Assembly: GCA_951406725.2 (NCBI GenBank)
Contig: OX597833.1
Location: 8,618,001-8,682,000, forward strand
Direction: 5' to 3'
DNA from: Octopus vulgaris
Lineage: Eukaryota
Length of the DNA: 64,000 bases
Under the pieces are notes generated by a model. The model saw nothing but the letters and a program-made list of their open reading frames with translations, did not search any database and was not told the origin of the DNA. Positions 53,347 to 64,000 of the stretch are shown one piece after another. Both the position numbers and the translations under genes were made by a program. Every line of letters begins with the position of its first letter. Within the stretch, counting starts at the first letter, position 1.

Positions 53347-54262
53347 ACAACATCAAAGTGGCTGAGTGGTGTTCATCCTCTACTGGGGAATGGAAGTCTC
53401 TAAAATATAACATCTGACTAATATGGCCTTGTTGTTCAGCAAAATAGCAGGGGTCAGAAAACTCAACCCTGTTTTGACCAATTATTACAGACATAGGCAG
53501 AATGTTTCTGTAAATCTCTTAATTCTTGCGTTCATGCTATGTTCTGAACACTTCTGAGATACATGTCATGAAAGGGATCTTGTAGTTCTTTCTTCGTAGT
53601 CCAGGCATTGACCCCATGAGAGGAATGTTCTCTACACATGCCTTCAGGAAAGCCAGCCTTGTTGACCTTTAAACTGCATCAAGCGCTAAGGGTCTTTGAT
53701 CTTGTTCTTGTTGTTGTTTAACCCCGATTCCCTGATCAAGCAACCAGGATCAGAGGTTTTCTGTATTGATATTGCTGTGAAAATTGTTGAATAAATAATG
53801 AGAAATTTGAATTTGAAAAATTGAAATTGTGGGAAAAGACCTGAAGGTTAACATTGCAAAGATCAAGATACCAGTAATTGGTTGAGATCCTCTTGACCCA
53901 GAGCTTCTAGCATTAAGAAAGTGCTGTCACTGTTCACACAGTTGGCAGCATGTCAGGGGTAGTGTGACTGAGGGTAGACAGGGGTCAGTGTAATAAGAGG
54001 GGTTGACAGACAAGATGCAGTCCAGCAATAGGTGTCTCCTGATAAGAGGCACAAAGCTGTCTTGGTAACATTGGTTTGCACAACAACTTGTACAACCATA
54101 AATTGGTGCCTATCAGAATTATTTGCAGTCTTTTATCCCCTGCAACTATTCAGCCTCCATATATAAAACCAAAGTCCCATACCAACAACTGTTAAACTCT
54201 ACCAACTTGCAGACTGTCGTTGGTTCTGGTTTCTTTAAACTTCATTTTTCTTCTGATTTCAG

Positions 54263-54376
54263 TGATTCATCAGACTGTGAAGGATGTCAGCCTCCAAGAT
54301 TTTATTTCCTGTCCAGTTTCTGACAAACCTAAAAAAGGCAGAAGCCTTGCAGAAATTTGCCTCGCAACTTTAGCAG
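54263..54376 (+). CDS. Coding exon 4: membrane-proximal stalk
   Basis: Acceptor ttcatttttcttctgatttcag| and donor GCAG|gtatga. 114 nt, phase 1-1. Encodes LIHQTVKDVSLQDFISCPVSDKPKKGRSLAEICLATLA (2 Cys). Confidence 0.75.
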
Positions 54377-55575
54377 GTATGATGACCAATTTCTTGGCAA
54401 ATGCAGCACTCAATACCTCCACAACAGATATCAAAAACTTTTTAAATGGATTCTCCTGTTTATATTCGTTCCTATTTTGAATCTTCCGTCAGTCCATTCT
54501 ATCGTAGAATTGTAGAATTCTTCATGATATGATGTAATGGTACCACAGAAAAAGCACTTGTGGTTGACTTGTAAGGGGATTGGCAGTTGGAAGGTCATCT
54601 GGCGGTAGAAAACCATGCCAAAACAGATAATTGGGACCTGGTGCAGCTCTCTGGCCATGCCAGCTCCTGTCGAACCATTCAACCCGTGCCAGCATCGAAA
54701 ATGGATGCTAAATGATGAGGATGATGTGAAATAGAATGGTAGAATGGCAATGTAGCCAGGAGAGAATAGAGAGAAGATGTGAAAAACTGGGGAAAAGTTG
54801 AATGGTAGTGGAGTGTGGTGGGGATGGGTGGGAAGGGCATTGAAGGAGGGGAGCATGTGGTACTGGAGGGATTGTGAATTGTGGAGGGAATGAAGACAGA
54901 AAGTGAGCTCACTTAAAATGAAGCACCTTGCTCAAGGACACAGTGCACTTCTCAGCTGAAGAAATGACCCCACAACCATCTGAGCCTCTGGTGGCAATGG
55001 TAAGGCTTGAACTTAGCACCATAGAAAAACATTAACATGTGTGGACTACATCTGCCTGGGGTACCTATTTACAGCCAGGTGGACTGGGAAAGATATGAGA
55101 TCACTGAGGTGACCAGTTGATTGTCTACTTCTCTACTGACCTGGTCAGCTGGAGCTTTCTCTGTGTGTGTGTTGCTAATAATTACTTGTGTATCAAGCTT
55201 ATCATCATCATCATCATAACCATCTTTGCTGTATTGAGATATTTGTTAACATTCAACCCCCCCTCCACCATCACCACTACCCCTGCTACTTCAAACTGAA
55301 CCGTGCTGAAGTACCAATTTGACATATTTTCTATAATTAGCCCTAATTAATAATCTAGAACCAGCTAGTTAATTGCCGGCGCTAATGCGCATTTCCTGGG
55401 GTTTTTGTTTATAGTTTATTGATAATCGTTGCTGGTTGTCATTTCTCTTGGAAGTAATATGAAGGAATAGGATGGGGCATGCCTGTGCACACACTATTAT
55501 AGCCCCATGGTGGGACTGGTGTGATGACAAAAGCATCCAGTTATGATATATATAAAGGACTGGGATGGCAGGGGG

Positions 55576-55612
<37 letters not shown>

Positions 55613-57084
55613 ATAGAGGTTCAAAGAATCAAACAGATCTCACTTTCAGCTCTTCATTAAGCACATGGCTAACAAAAATCTCTATAAATAGAACAGAGAA
55701 AAGAAGACCGGTGAGAGAATATATGTTTGTTCCATTTGTTTACAAGTGTTTCATCATCTTATTAGTTATAGAGTAGATGTTACATCAACATTTACAGACA
55801 TAAAATATCCATATAACCATATATGCCTGTGTACACCCTTATGATGGACTCTCCCGTTCTTAGACAATGTATGAGGGTTCAACCATTTCTTATCGATCAC
55901 ACACATCATTTGTTTATAGTGATCGAATGTTTGTGTAGATATAAGCTCACTCCGTCCATCAGAGCAACGTGAAATGAAGTACTTTGCTCAAGAACACAAT
56001 GCAATGCCCGGTCTGGGGATTGAACCCATGGTCTTGCATTTGTGACCACTAAGCCATGCACCTGTGTACACACATATATATATATGTAATAAAAAGTACC
56101 CAAAAAAGAATGAGACCTCAATATTAGATAAATAGAGGATATTTATATACGTTTCAATTTAGAATAAACAGTAAAAAGTTGTCGTTATAGCACTCGGAGT
56201 TCCAAATGTTGGAGCAAAGAGTTACAATGCATTCTCATCGGTTATTAATGGCAAGAGACGCTATGAAATAACCGTTGAATAAAAAGGGAAGTTACTCTAA
56301 TAGGTGGGAAAAGTGAAAAAAGAAAAACAATAAAAATTACATGCAACCATATCCTCACAATACATAGACATAAACCTCCTGCGTTCACATCTACATATGT
56401 ACATGCACATACACACACACAAATGTGTATGTACGTACTCATACATACACATATCTATACACATGCACACATGTATATGTGTACGTAACCTCATCCTCAT
56501 ATACACATAGGTGTTTACAGGCATACACGTAAAATAATACACATATATTTAGACATTTATCATCATCATCATCATCATCATCATCATCGTCCGTTTTCCA
56601 TGCTAGCATGGGTTGGACGGTTCTACTGGGGTCTGTGAAGCCAGAAGGCTTCATCAGGCCCAGTCAAATCTGGCAGTGTTTCTACGGCTGGATGCCCTTC
56701 CTAACACCAATCACTCCGTGAGTGTAGTGGGTGCTTTTTACGTGCCACCCGCACAGGTGCCAGACAGAGCTATACATATATATATATTCAGACATGCATT
56801 CACACTCCTGCATTATATATTATATATATATAAATATATATACACCCTCCTATTACACACCTACATCTGCACATATATAAACATATGCATATCTGTATAA
56901 ATGAAGAGGACATGTGTATGAAAGTCACACTTATGCACCGGACACAGTTTTACACTCATATACATACATATACACATGCACACGCATATACATATAAAAT
57001 ATATACATACATGTACATATACTCACACACGTACACATTCACACAATTAAAAAAGAAACAATTAAAAGAAGTTAAGACATATAG

Positions 57085-57680
57085 TTAGCTTATACAGGAA
57101 CATAGTAAAAATGTGGATTGTAGCCGTGATCTGGGGCAAAACCGTAACAAGTATTTTGTCAGATGTGGACGTGATCCAAAAATTTCAGTCCTTGAATTCA
57201 GACATGTAGTGGGGTCCAAGGAACATTTCCAGATGAGCCATCTTTCCATATCACAAAGACCACACTTGCCACTACTTTTGCTATAAGGTTTACACTTGGC
57301 CAAGGTCTTCCAGTAAATCTTATAGATGACACTTTGTTCTTTTAAGAACCATATTTTACTGGATAATTTGGTATTTCTTCATTCATTCCAGTGTCTGAAG
57401 CTTAAGGTGTGATTGTTGAACCTTGCTTTGAAATTTCCCTCTGTGAGACCCACATATCTCTTGGATGAAACTGTGTTATTAGTATTTGTAGAATTTATGG
57501 TGGCTTCATAAATAATGGCCTCGGTCATACAGGCTCCATTTAGCGGGCACAAGTCTTTATCCCTGCAGGAACAGACGGCTTCGTGTTGTTGTGTTGCATT
57601 GTGTGTAATTATGTTTTTAAAGTTTAGGGTTGAACTAAAACTAATTTTTAGGTTTTGCCTATTGAAGAGATTCCTATACA
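57085..57680 (-). mobile_element. Penelope-like retroelement 3' fragment encoding a GIY-YIG endonuclease
   Basis: FNRQNLKISFS...CSCRDKDLCPLNGACMTEAIIYEAT...RYVGLTEGNFKARFNNHTLSF...*RNTKLSSKIWFLK...PYSKSSGKCGLCDMER...LNSRTEI. One frame with a single TGA at 57379-57381. The 5' end abuts (TA)n. Confidence 0.85.
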
Positions 57681-58434
57681 TCATATATATATATATATAT
57701 ATATATACTAAAGAGTGCTGAGAAGTAAGCTAACAGTCTCAACCAAAGACTGGCCTTGAGTTGATACTTTTGACTACCATGAATCAATGGTGAGGGTTCT
57801 CGGTACCCATCTATATCTGCACTGGACCAGTGTCCCACCCAGGTGGGGAGTATAGATGCCATGAACCCAGGAAGCCATACCTTCTCGGTATGACTTGGGA
57901 AAGTAACTTTACTTTTTTTACTTTACCCTTCTATATATGGGTGTACAAATGCATAGATATTTATTTATAAGTATATTTAATGTGTGTGTGAGTTTGTGTA
58001 ACATCTGTTATTTAAATAATATTATGAAACAGCTGTAAACGAATAAACATTTATTCTCCTCATTTCATTTCTCTTATGCAAACAAATAATGTGTGTGTGT
58101 GTAAACCATCTAAGAATCCATGTCAGGCAGCAGCTCTATATCATAAATGTTACCAATATCACTTTATGTACATTTGTTGTTTAAACAGCAGAGGCTGCAG
58201 TTTTTTGCCCAGAGACAATTCCTTTAGAGACGTTCAGTGTTAGAAAACACGTCTTTAAAGGAAATTTTCTTGGATGAAAATCTGCAGTTTTACATTAATC
58301 TATTCTCTCTTATTTCAACCCCTTAATCCCCTTATCCGATCCATGCCAGTATGGACATACATGCCTCTACACACACACATGGATGCAGCATGTATATTTT
58401 GAGTGACCTTTGCCGTCAATTTTTCTATTTTCAG

Positions 58435-58510
58435 GCTATAAAATCGCTGTAATTGTGTTATGTTGTGCTGTCCTCATCTTGGTGGCCATCTTGTCAATAA
58501 TAATCCATTG
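58435..58510 (+). CDS. Coding exon 5: transmembrane helix
   Basis: Acceptor tttttctattttcag| and donor TTG|gtgagt. 76 nt, phase 1 to 2. Encodes GYKIAVIVLCCAVLILVAILSIIIH, with about 21 consecutive apolar residues. Confidence 0.85.
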
Positions 58511-58605
58511 GTGAGTCCCATTTTTTTTGTATCCCATGGCTACCACCCTGAAATCTATCCTAGCAAAGGTCATCTTTGATACAGACAATTGTGAAACCTC
58601 ATTAA

Positions 58606-58825
58606 CCCTTTCGTTACTAACCCGGCTGAAACCGGCTCTTGTTTTCATAAGCTTTGTCTTGTTTTCATAAGCTTTGAATTAAAATCTTCCACCAAACCTT
58701 AGTCACAATTAATGTTCCTAACATTAGATTAATGATAACTAAGTTATTTTACTAAATTCTTTGTTATATTTAAAATAATTGAGAGAAGAACAGAGAATCT
58801 CAAAATAAATACAGTAATGAAAGGG
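58606..58825. mobile_element. piggyBac-type MITE with TTAA target-site duplication
   Basis: TTAA|CCCTTTCGTTACT ... AGTAATGAAAGGG|TTAA. Confidence 0.85.
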
Positions 58826-60217
58826 TTAAACCAGTTTTTCTACCCACCCTTGGAGATATGGGTGACAAGTGTTGGGGAGTCTTAGAATATGATGGGAGAG
58901 CAAATACCTTGATCATACTTTCATCATAGAAATAGGAGGAGGATCATATTTATGACTTTACAACTATGAAGTGTCATATTTATGTCTTAGCAATGACAAA
59001 GGTCCTACTTATGACTATGAGGTGTCAAACCATAGAACTATGGGGTGGGTGTCTTTTATGAGTTAAGAAGTATTCAGAAGGTGGGAATCATGGTAGAACT
59101 GACAAGGGATTTATTCTATGGCATGAAACTCTAGAAAAAGTCCAGGTTAAGGTCTCTGACCTCTGCTGGTCAACTTTTGTGGATTTCAGACTGCTGAAGC
59201 AGGAAGTCAGTTATTCTTTAATTATTGAATTAAATGTAATTATCAATTAATTGCTTCTCTTCTGTAGTAAGTCATCAACTGTGTTTAGATCTGCAGAGAG
59301 AGGGGCTTCACCGAAATGGCCCCAAGGTCCACTCTGTACCAATAATGTAACTCTTCCAACCCTGTCAGGAGTTGAGGGTCCCTGGCCTGGCAACATTAGT
59401 TCTATCTGCTCAGTCCACATTACATAAGCAATCCAGTGCCACACACTCCTCATCGTTCACCCAATTCCTTCAGTGTACGACTGACACGGGTGCTGGAGGA
59501 AGGAGCACAACAAACTCACTGCTCAATAAATTTGTTGCCAAACACACTCGTTACTCAACATATTCACTGCTCAAGGCAACTACCACTCAAACATGGCTCA
59601 ATACATTCACCCATAGCTCACCACAGTCAATGGACTTGCTGCACAATGCATTTGTTACTCTTACACCATAAGTGGTCAACACCTACTCAATATACCTCTT
59701 ACTCAACACTTGAGCTCTAATGCATTTGCTGCTCAAAACAGCCACCGCTTGCTCAGTGCACTCACTGCTCAACATTCTCAAGTGTTCAGTACTTACTAAT
59801 CATGTTCCCACTTCGTCTACTATTCAGCACATTCAATAATGTATTCCTAGATATACTAGAACTACATTATGCAGTGTGTCCTTTCCTTTTCTAAAACCTT
59901 CCCATGTAATCTGAGGGAAATTTGGTTGCAATTTCTTGCAGGTCTAGGCGCTGCTTAGAAGCTCCGTCTTTGGTTGGCAGTGGCTGGTTGTATGGAATAA
60001 TGTTACACAGCACACTTAGTGGTGATTGTTGTAGAGGCTGTTGTAAGTTGGTGGTAGTTGTGACATCAGTGGTGGTGATTGCAGAGTTGGTGTAAAGAGG
60101 ACGACGCTGGGACAGCTGGGATGTTGCTACCCCTAATGCCACCCCCCACCCTGCAGCACTAAAATATCCTGCTTCCCCCACACCATCATCTGGTTTCTTC
60201 TTCTTCTCTTCCTCTAG

Positions 60218-60331
60218 TTACTGTAAGAAAATCAAGTCTACACAAAGATCTCGAGACACGTCAGGGAATCGGCCGACATCAACTGTGATTCCATATCAGA
60301 CGACCCTGATCAATGGCTCCAAGAAGAACAA
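60218..60331 (+). CDS. Coding exon 6: juxtamembrane cytoplasmic segment
   Basis: Acceptor ttcttcttcttctcttcctctag| and donor CAA|gtaagt. 114 nt, phase 2-2. Encodes CYCKKIKSTQRSRDTSGNRPTSTVIPYQTTLINGSKKN, with a Cys plus basic stop-transfer cluster right after the TM. Confidence 0.8.
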
Positions 60332-60905
60332 GTAAGTGGAGGTTGACATTGTTGCAAGTAGTTCCTGGCAGTTGGGGGCAGTCCTTCTTGAAACTACCTT
60401 ATTGTGTAGATTGGTACTTAATGGGGACATTAACAAACAGATATTTGTGTGTGTGTGTGTGTGTATTTACATGCAGAGAGGGACCGGCAAAGCTGTGGGT
60501 TCAAGAAGTTCACTTGATAGCCATGTGGCTTTTGATGGAGTTCTAGTGCTTGGCCCTTCGGGGCAAGTCTTCTACTACATGTATCTCCTGAATGAATTCA
60601 GCAGGTTTGTCAGGTGTGTGTGTGTTTGGAGTCCCTTGTTATGATTTCATTCAATGATTATCAATGATTGTCAACATCACTTAAGCAATGTTCTTCATTT
60701 TCAATCTTCCATGGAAACCTGTTTGGCCATGAAGGAAATATCACGTTGCTTGGAAACAAGGGAAGGTTAGGGGACAAGAACAGCATCAGTGAATTCTGTT
60801 TGACCCATGGGAAAGTGGACATCAAAATGATGGTGAATTATCTATTTCATTAGCTAATTATTTATTTCTTTGTCTAATTATATATATTTTTGCTTTGCTT
60901 TCTAG

Positions 60906-61101
60906 GTTAAATCAATTAAACCACAACCTGTCATCACCCAATCATTTGAGAAAAGACAAACACCTGTACGACCACTTAAGCCGTTATGACTCATCCTATG
61001 CTGTGCGATTTGACCCCAACACGTCCAAGAATAACTGGAAAAGATCTTATGATGATTCCGACTCAGATTCTACCTATGCTACTGTTGGCGAGAACTCGTA
61101 G
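60906..61101 (+). CDS. Coding exon 7 (terminal): Tyr-motif cytoplasmic tail
   Basis: Acceptor ttttgctttgctttctag|, phase 2. Encodes KLNQLNHNLSSPNHLRKDKHLYDHLSRYDSSYAVRFDPNTSKNNWKRSYDDSDSDSTYATVGENS*, with stop TAG at 61099-61101. Confidence 0.85.
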
Positions 61102-61324
61102 AAACTGTCAAAGACAAATTCTTTAAGACTTGCTTTGCTGCATTATGTTCGTTAATCAGGATTCACGTGTCTTGTCAGTGGAGTTTTATATTTATTCGGT
61201 CTCTGCTCCTCACCAAACTCTGCCATCATTCTGTGATTAATAATAATGTTCCAGAATTCCATTTAAATATCTCTCTGACACACCTTTCAAATGGCCATTA
61301 TTATTATTGTTGTTGTTGTTGTTA

Positions 61325-61870
61325 AGCAAACTGGCAGAATCGTTAGCATGCTGGGTGAAATGCATAGCAGTATTTTGTCTGCCACTACGATCTGAGTTCA
61401 ATTTCCACCAAGGTCGACTTTGCCTTTCATCCCCACGGGGTCGATGAAATAAGTCCCAGTTACGCACTGGGGTCGATGTAATTGACTTATCCCTTCTCCT
61501 GATATTTTTGGCCTCGTGCCAAAATTTGAAATCATTATTATTATTACTATTATTATTATTATTATTACTATTATTATTATTACTATTATTATTACTATTA
61601 CTATTATTATTATTATTATTATTACTATTATTATTATTATTATTAAGGTGGTGAGCTGACAGAATCGTTAGCACACTGGACAAAATGCTTTGCAGTATTT
61701 CACCTGTCGCTACGTTCTGAGTTCAAATCCCGATGAGGTTGACTTTGCCTTTCATCCTTTTCGAGGTCGAAGAAATAAGTACCAGTTACACACTGGGGTC
61801 GACGTAATTGACTGGCCCCCTTGCCCCCCTTTCCCCCAAACTTCAGGTCTTGTGCCTAGAGTAGAAAAGA
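61325..61870 (+). mobile_element. Two tandem SINE family B copies separated by (ATT)n, in the likely 3' UTR/downstream region
   Basis: Copies at 61325-61533 and 61647-61870. Confidence 0.85.
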
Positions 61871-64000
61871 CTATCATTATTATCTTTGAAAGCCCTGCAC
61901 TGATTGCGTTGGTGCAGGAACCTCACCAAGGTCTCATGAAGGTTGTGCAGTGTCAGAGAAACTGTTGTTTGTCCCACGAAGACTTTAATGGATTCAGTGA
62001 AAGTTGTCAACTTTGGCACTTCTCCCAGAATCTTGGAACATTTTTACATTTATTTGTTTTTTGTTGGGTTTTTTTTCTCTCTTTAAACATTCCTTTTTAA
62101 TTTCCAGAAGGCCAATGAAAGCCAACTCCCATGATGGAGTGTTTATACCCCAGATAGGGAACTGTATCAAACTCATTAGTTTTAATCCCTTTTTTGTTAT
62201 TGTTGTTGTTGTTATTACTATTAGGGCAGTGGATTGGCAGAATCAGTGAAGCATCAGGAAAAATTCTTTGTGCTATTTCTTCCGATTCCTCACATTCTGA
62301 GTTCAAAACCCACCAATATCAATTCTGCTTATCATCCTCCCACGTGTCAATAGAGTAAGGTACCAGTCACATACTAGGGTCAGTATAATGTAATCCTAGA
62401 TACACTATACCTGAAACTGCATTCAGTTTTGCCGTTCATCCTTCCAGAAGTGTGTGTGTGTGTGTGTGTGTAAGGGGAAAGAGTTTATTAAGATATACCA
62501 GTCATATATGGGGGAGAGGGGTCAATATAATTGACTAACAGTTCTTTACCTCTCTTGGTACAATTAAAAATTGGTTTCATCAATATTCTGGTGTAGGAAA
62601 CCAACAACTCAGCCTTTAGCTGGTTGATCAAATTGCTAAAGAGAGCAGCCAAACACCCTATCATCAAAAAGAAAAAGGAGAAAAAAGAATAAGTCTGAGG
62701 ATACACGGCATTTGTGAAATGAAAGATGGGATAGTCATAGTTGGAATGTCTTTGATCATATGCTTTACTTGGGAAAGGAATGACCTATAGCAAATAATCA
62801 TGCAAAGGTCTTGAGAGAAATGACCAACCCAGTCTGGAGCAGAACCATGGAAACACTTCTTACAAAAGCTGCTCATCTCATTCATCCTCATCTTCATCTT
62901 CTCTACTTGTTCTTCTCTTCCTCTTTATCCTTTCATAGTTCTTTCTTACCCCCTCCTCCTCCTCCTTCATCAGTTACATTGCTTCTCTCTCTCTTTCTCT
63001 CTACAAAAAAAAACCATTTAACATTCAGAGACTGGTGCTGCCATCTGCCCTATCTCCCTTAAAGAAAGGCATGACCACCACAACTCCCACTTGCACATCT
63101 AATTAACAAGTAATATAATTGCCCCCGCCCCACCCCAATTAGCTGCTAACCCAATAAGCGAATGGCTGCTATCAGGTTCCCTGCCCCACAGACACGGTTC
63201 TGTCACTCACACATTCATCACTTGTTTGTGAGAACCGTTTCTAGTTTTAGACAGATACAACAACACCATATGTTTGTATTCCTCGTGATGTCTGGCACGG
63301 CGCCAGTTTCTGTAGCAATGATTGCAGTGACGTGTTTAGTGAGTTGCAGAGATCCTAAATTATTACTGGTACATATTTTTATTGCCCTCACCCCCCCACC
63401 CACCCCCCAGACATTAGAAGTGAAGCAGATGTTGGTGTGGTTTGAACTCAGAAACAAAAATAAAGCAGTGACCCAGATATTGTATGAAACATTGGGGTCA
63501 GCCCATTATCATATTCATCTTGATACAATATGAAGTTTAAGGGCCACTACACACATACACACACACACACACAATGACTGTTGCTGCTTTAAGAGCAAAG
63601 ATGCACAAAAGAGGACCGTCCCTGTTGGTTTCATGTTAACAGGGTCTGACTTGGTCAATGCAAGACAAACAGAAATGGCCGTAAGCTTAATTCTGTTTAG
63701 GGTTTGGTGCTGCCATGCCACAGTTCTTCCTTATGGTTTTCTCCTCAAAGACAGCCCCGTGTGATGCACTTTTGAAGCCGGAGACAGACTGATGAATGGT
63801 CTGGTGCCAAACTTCATAATTGGCAGCTTCAGCAGAGCACTGGCAACCATTATATACACACACACACACACACACACACATACCTACGCATATATATGAG
63901 GTGAGGGAAAACAGTAAAAGGAATCAGTTGTTGTGAACAAGGGAGGAGACTTTGTTGCTATGGCGATGTAATACTGTCAACGGATGATGACCGTTGGATA

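Noticed and set aside
57379-57381. In-frame TGA in the Penelope endonuclease as possible selenocysteine
   Set aside because: It does not fall at a conserved Cys position, the fragment is 5' truncated and no SECIS was identified. A simple nonsense mutation is more likely.

Overview
AT-rich, microsatellite-dense animal genomic DNA. The SINE repertoire looks like an octopod cephalopod (Octopus sp.); this is an inference. Most ORFs in the supplied track are microsatellite or transposon artefacts. Splice-site reading reveals one 7-exon, + strand gene, with CDS exons at 3078-3165, 49195-49410, 52152-52463, 54263-54376, 58435-58510, 60218-60331 and 60906-61101 (1116 nt, 371 aa). All introns are GT-AG and all phases are compatible. 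The product is an unrecognised type I membrane receptor: signal peptide, degenerate SUEL/Gal-lectin-like Cys-rich domain, CUB-like domain, stalk, TM helix and a Tyr-rich tail with YDHL and an ITIM-consensus STYATV. The 46-kb first intron and the other introns hold several SINE families, maT (DD37D), mariner and pogo/Tigger remnants, and CR1 and RTE LINE fragments. They also hold a non-autonomous Helitron, piggyBac-type MITEs and Penelope-like remnants, including three minimal hammerhead-ribozyme motifs. A CpG-rich region at about 1.5-3.0 kb may be a bidirectional promoter.
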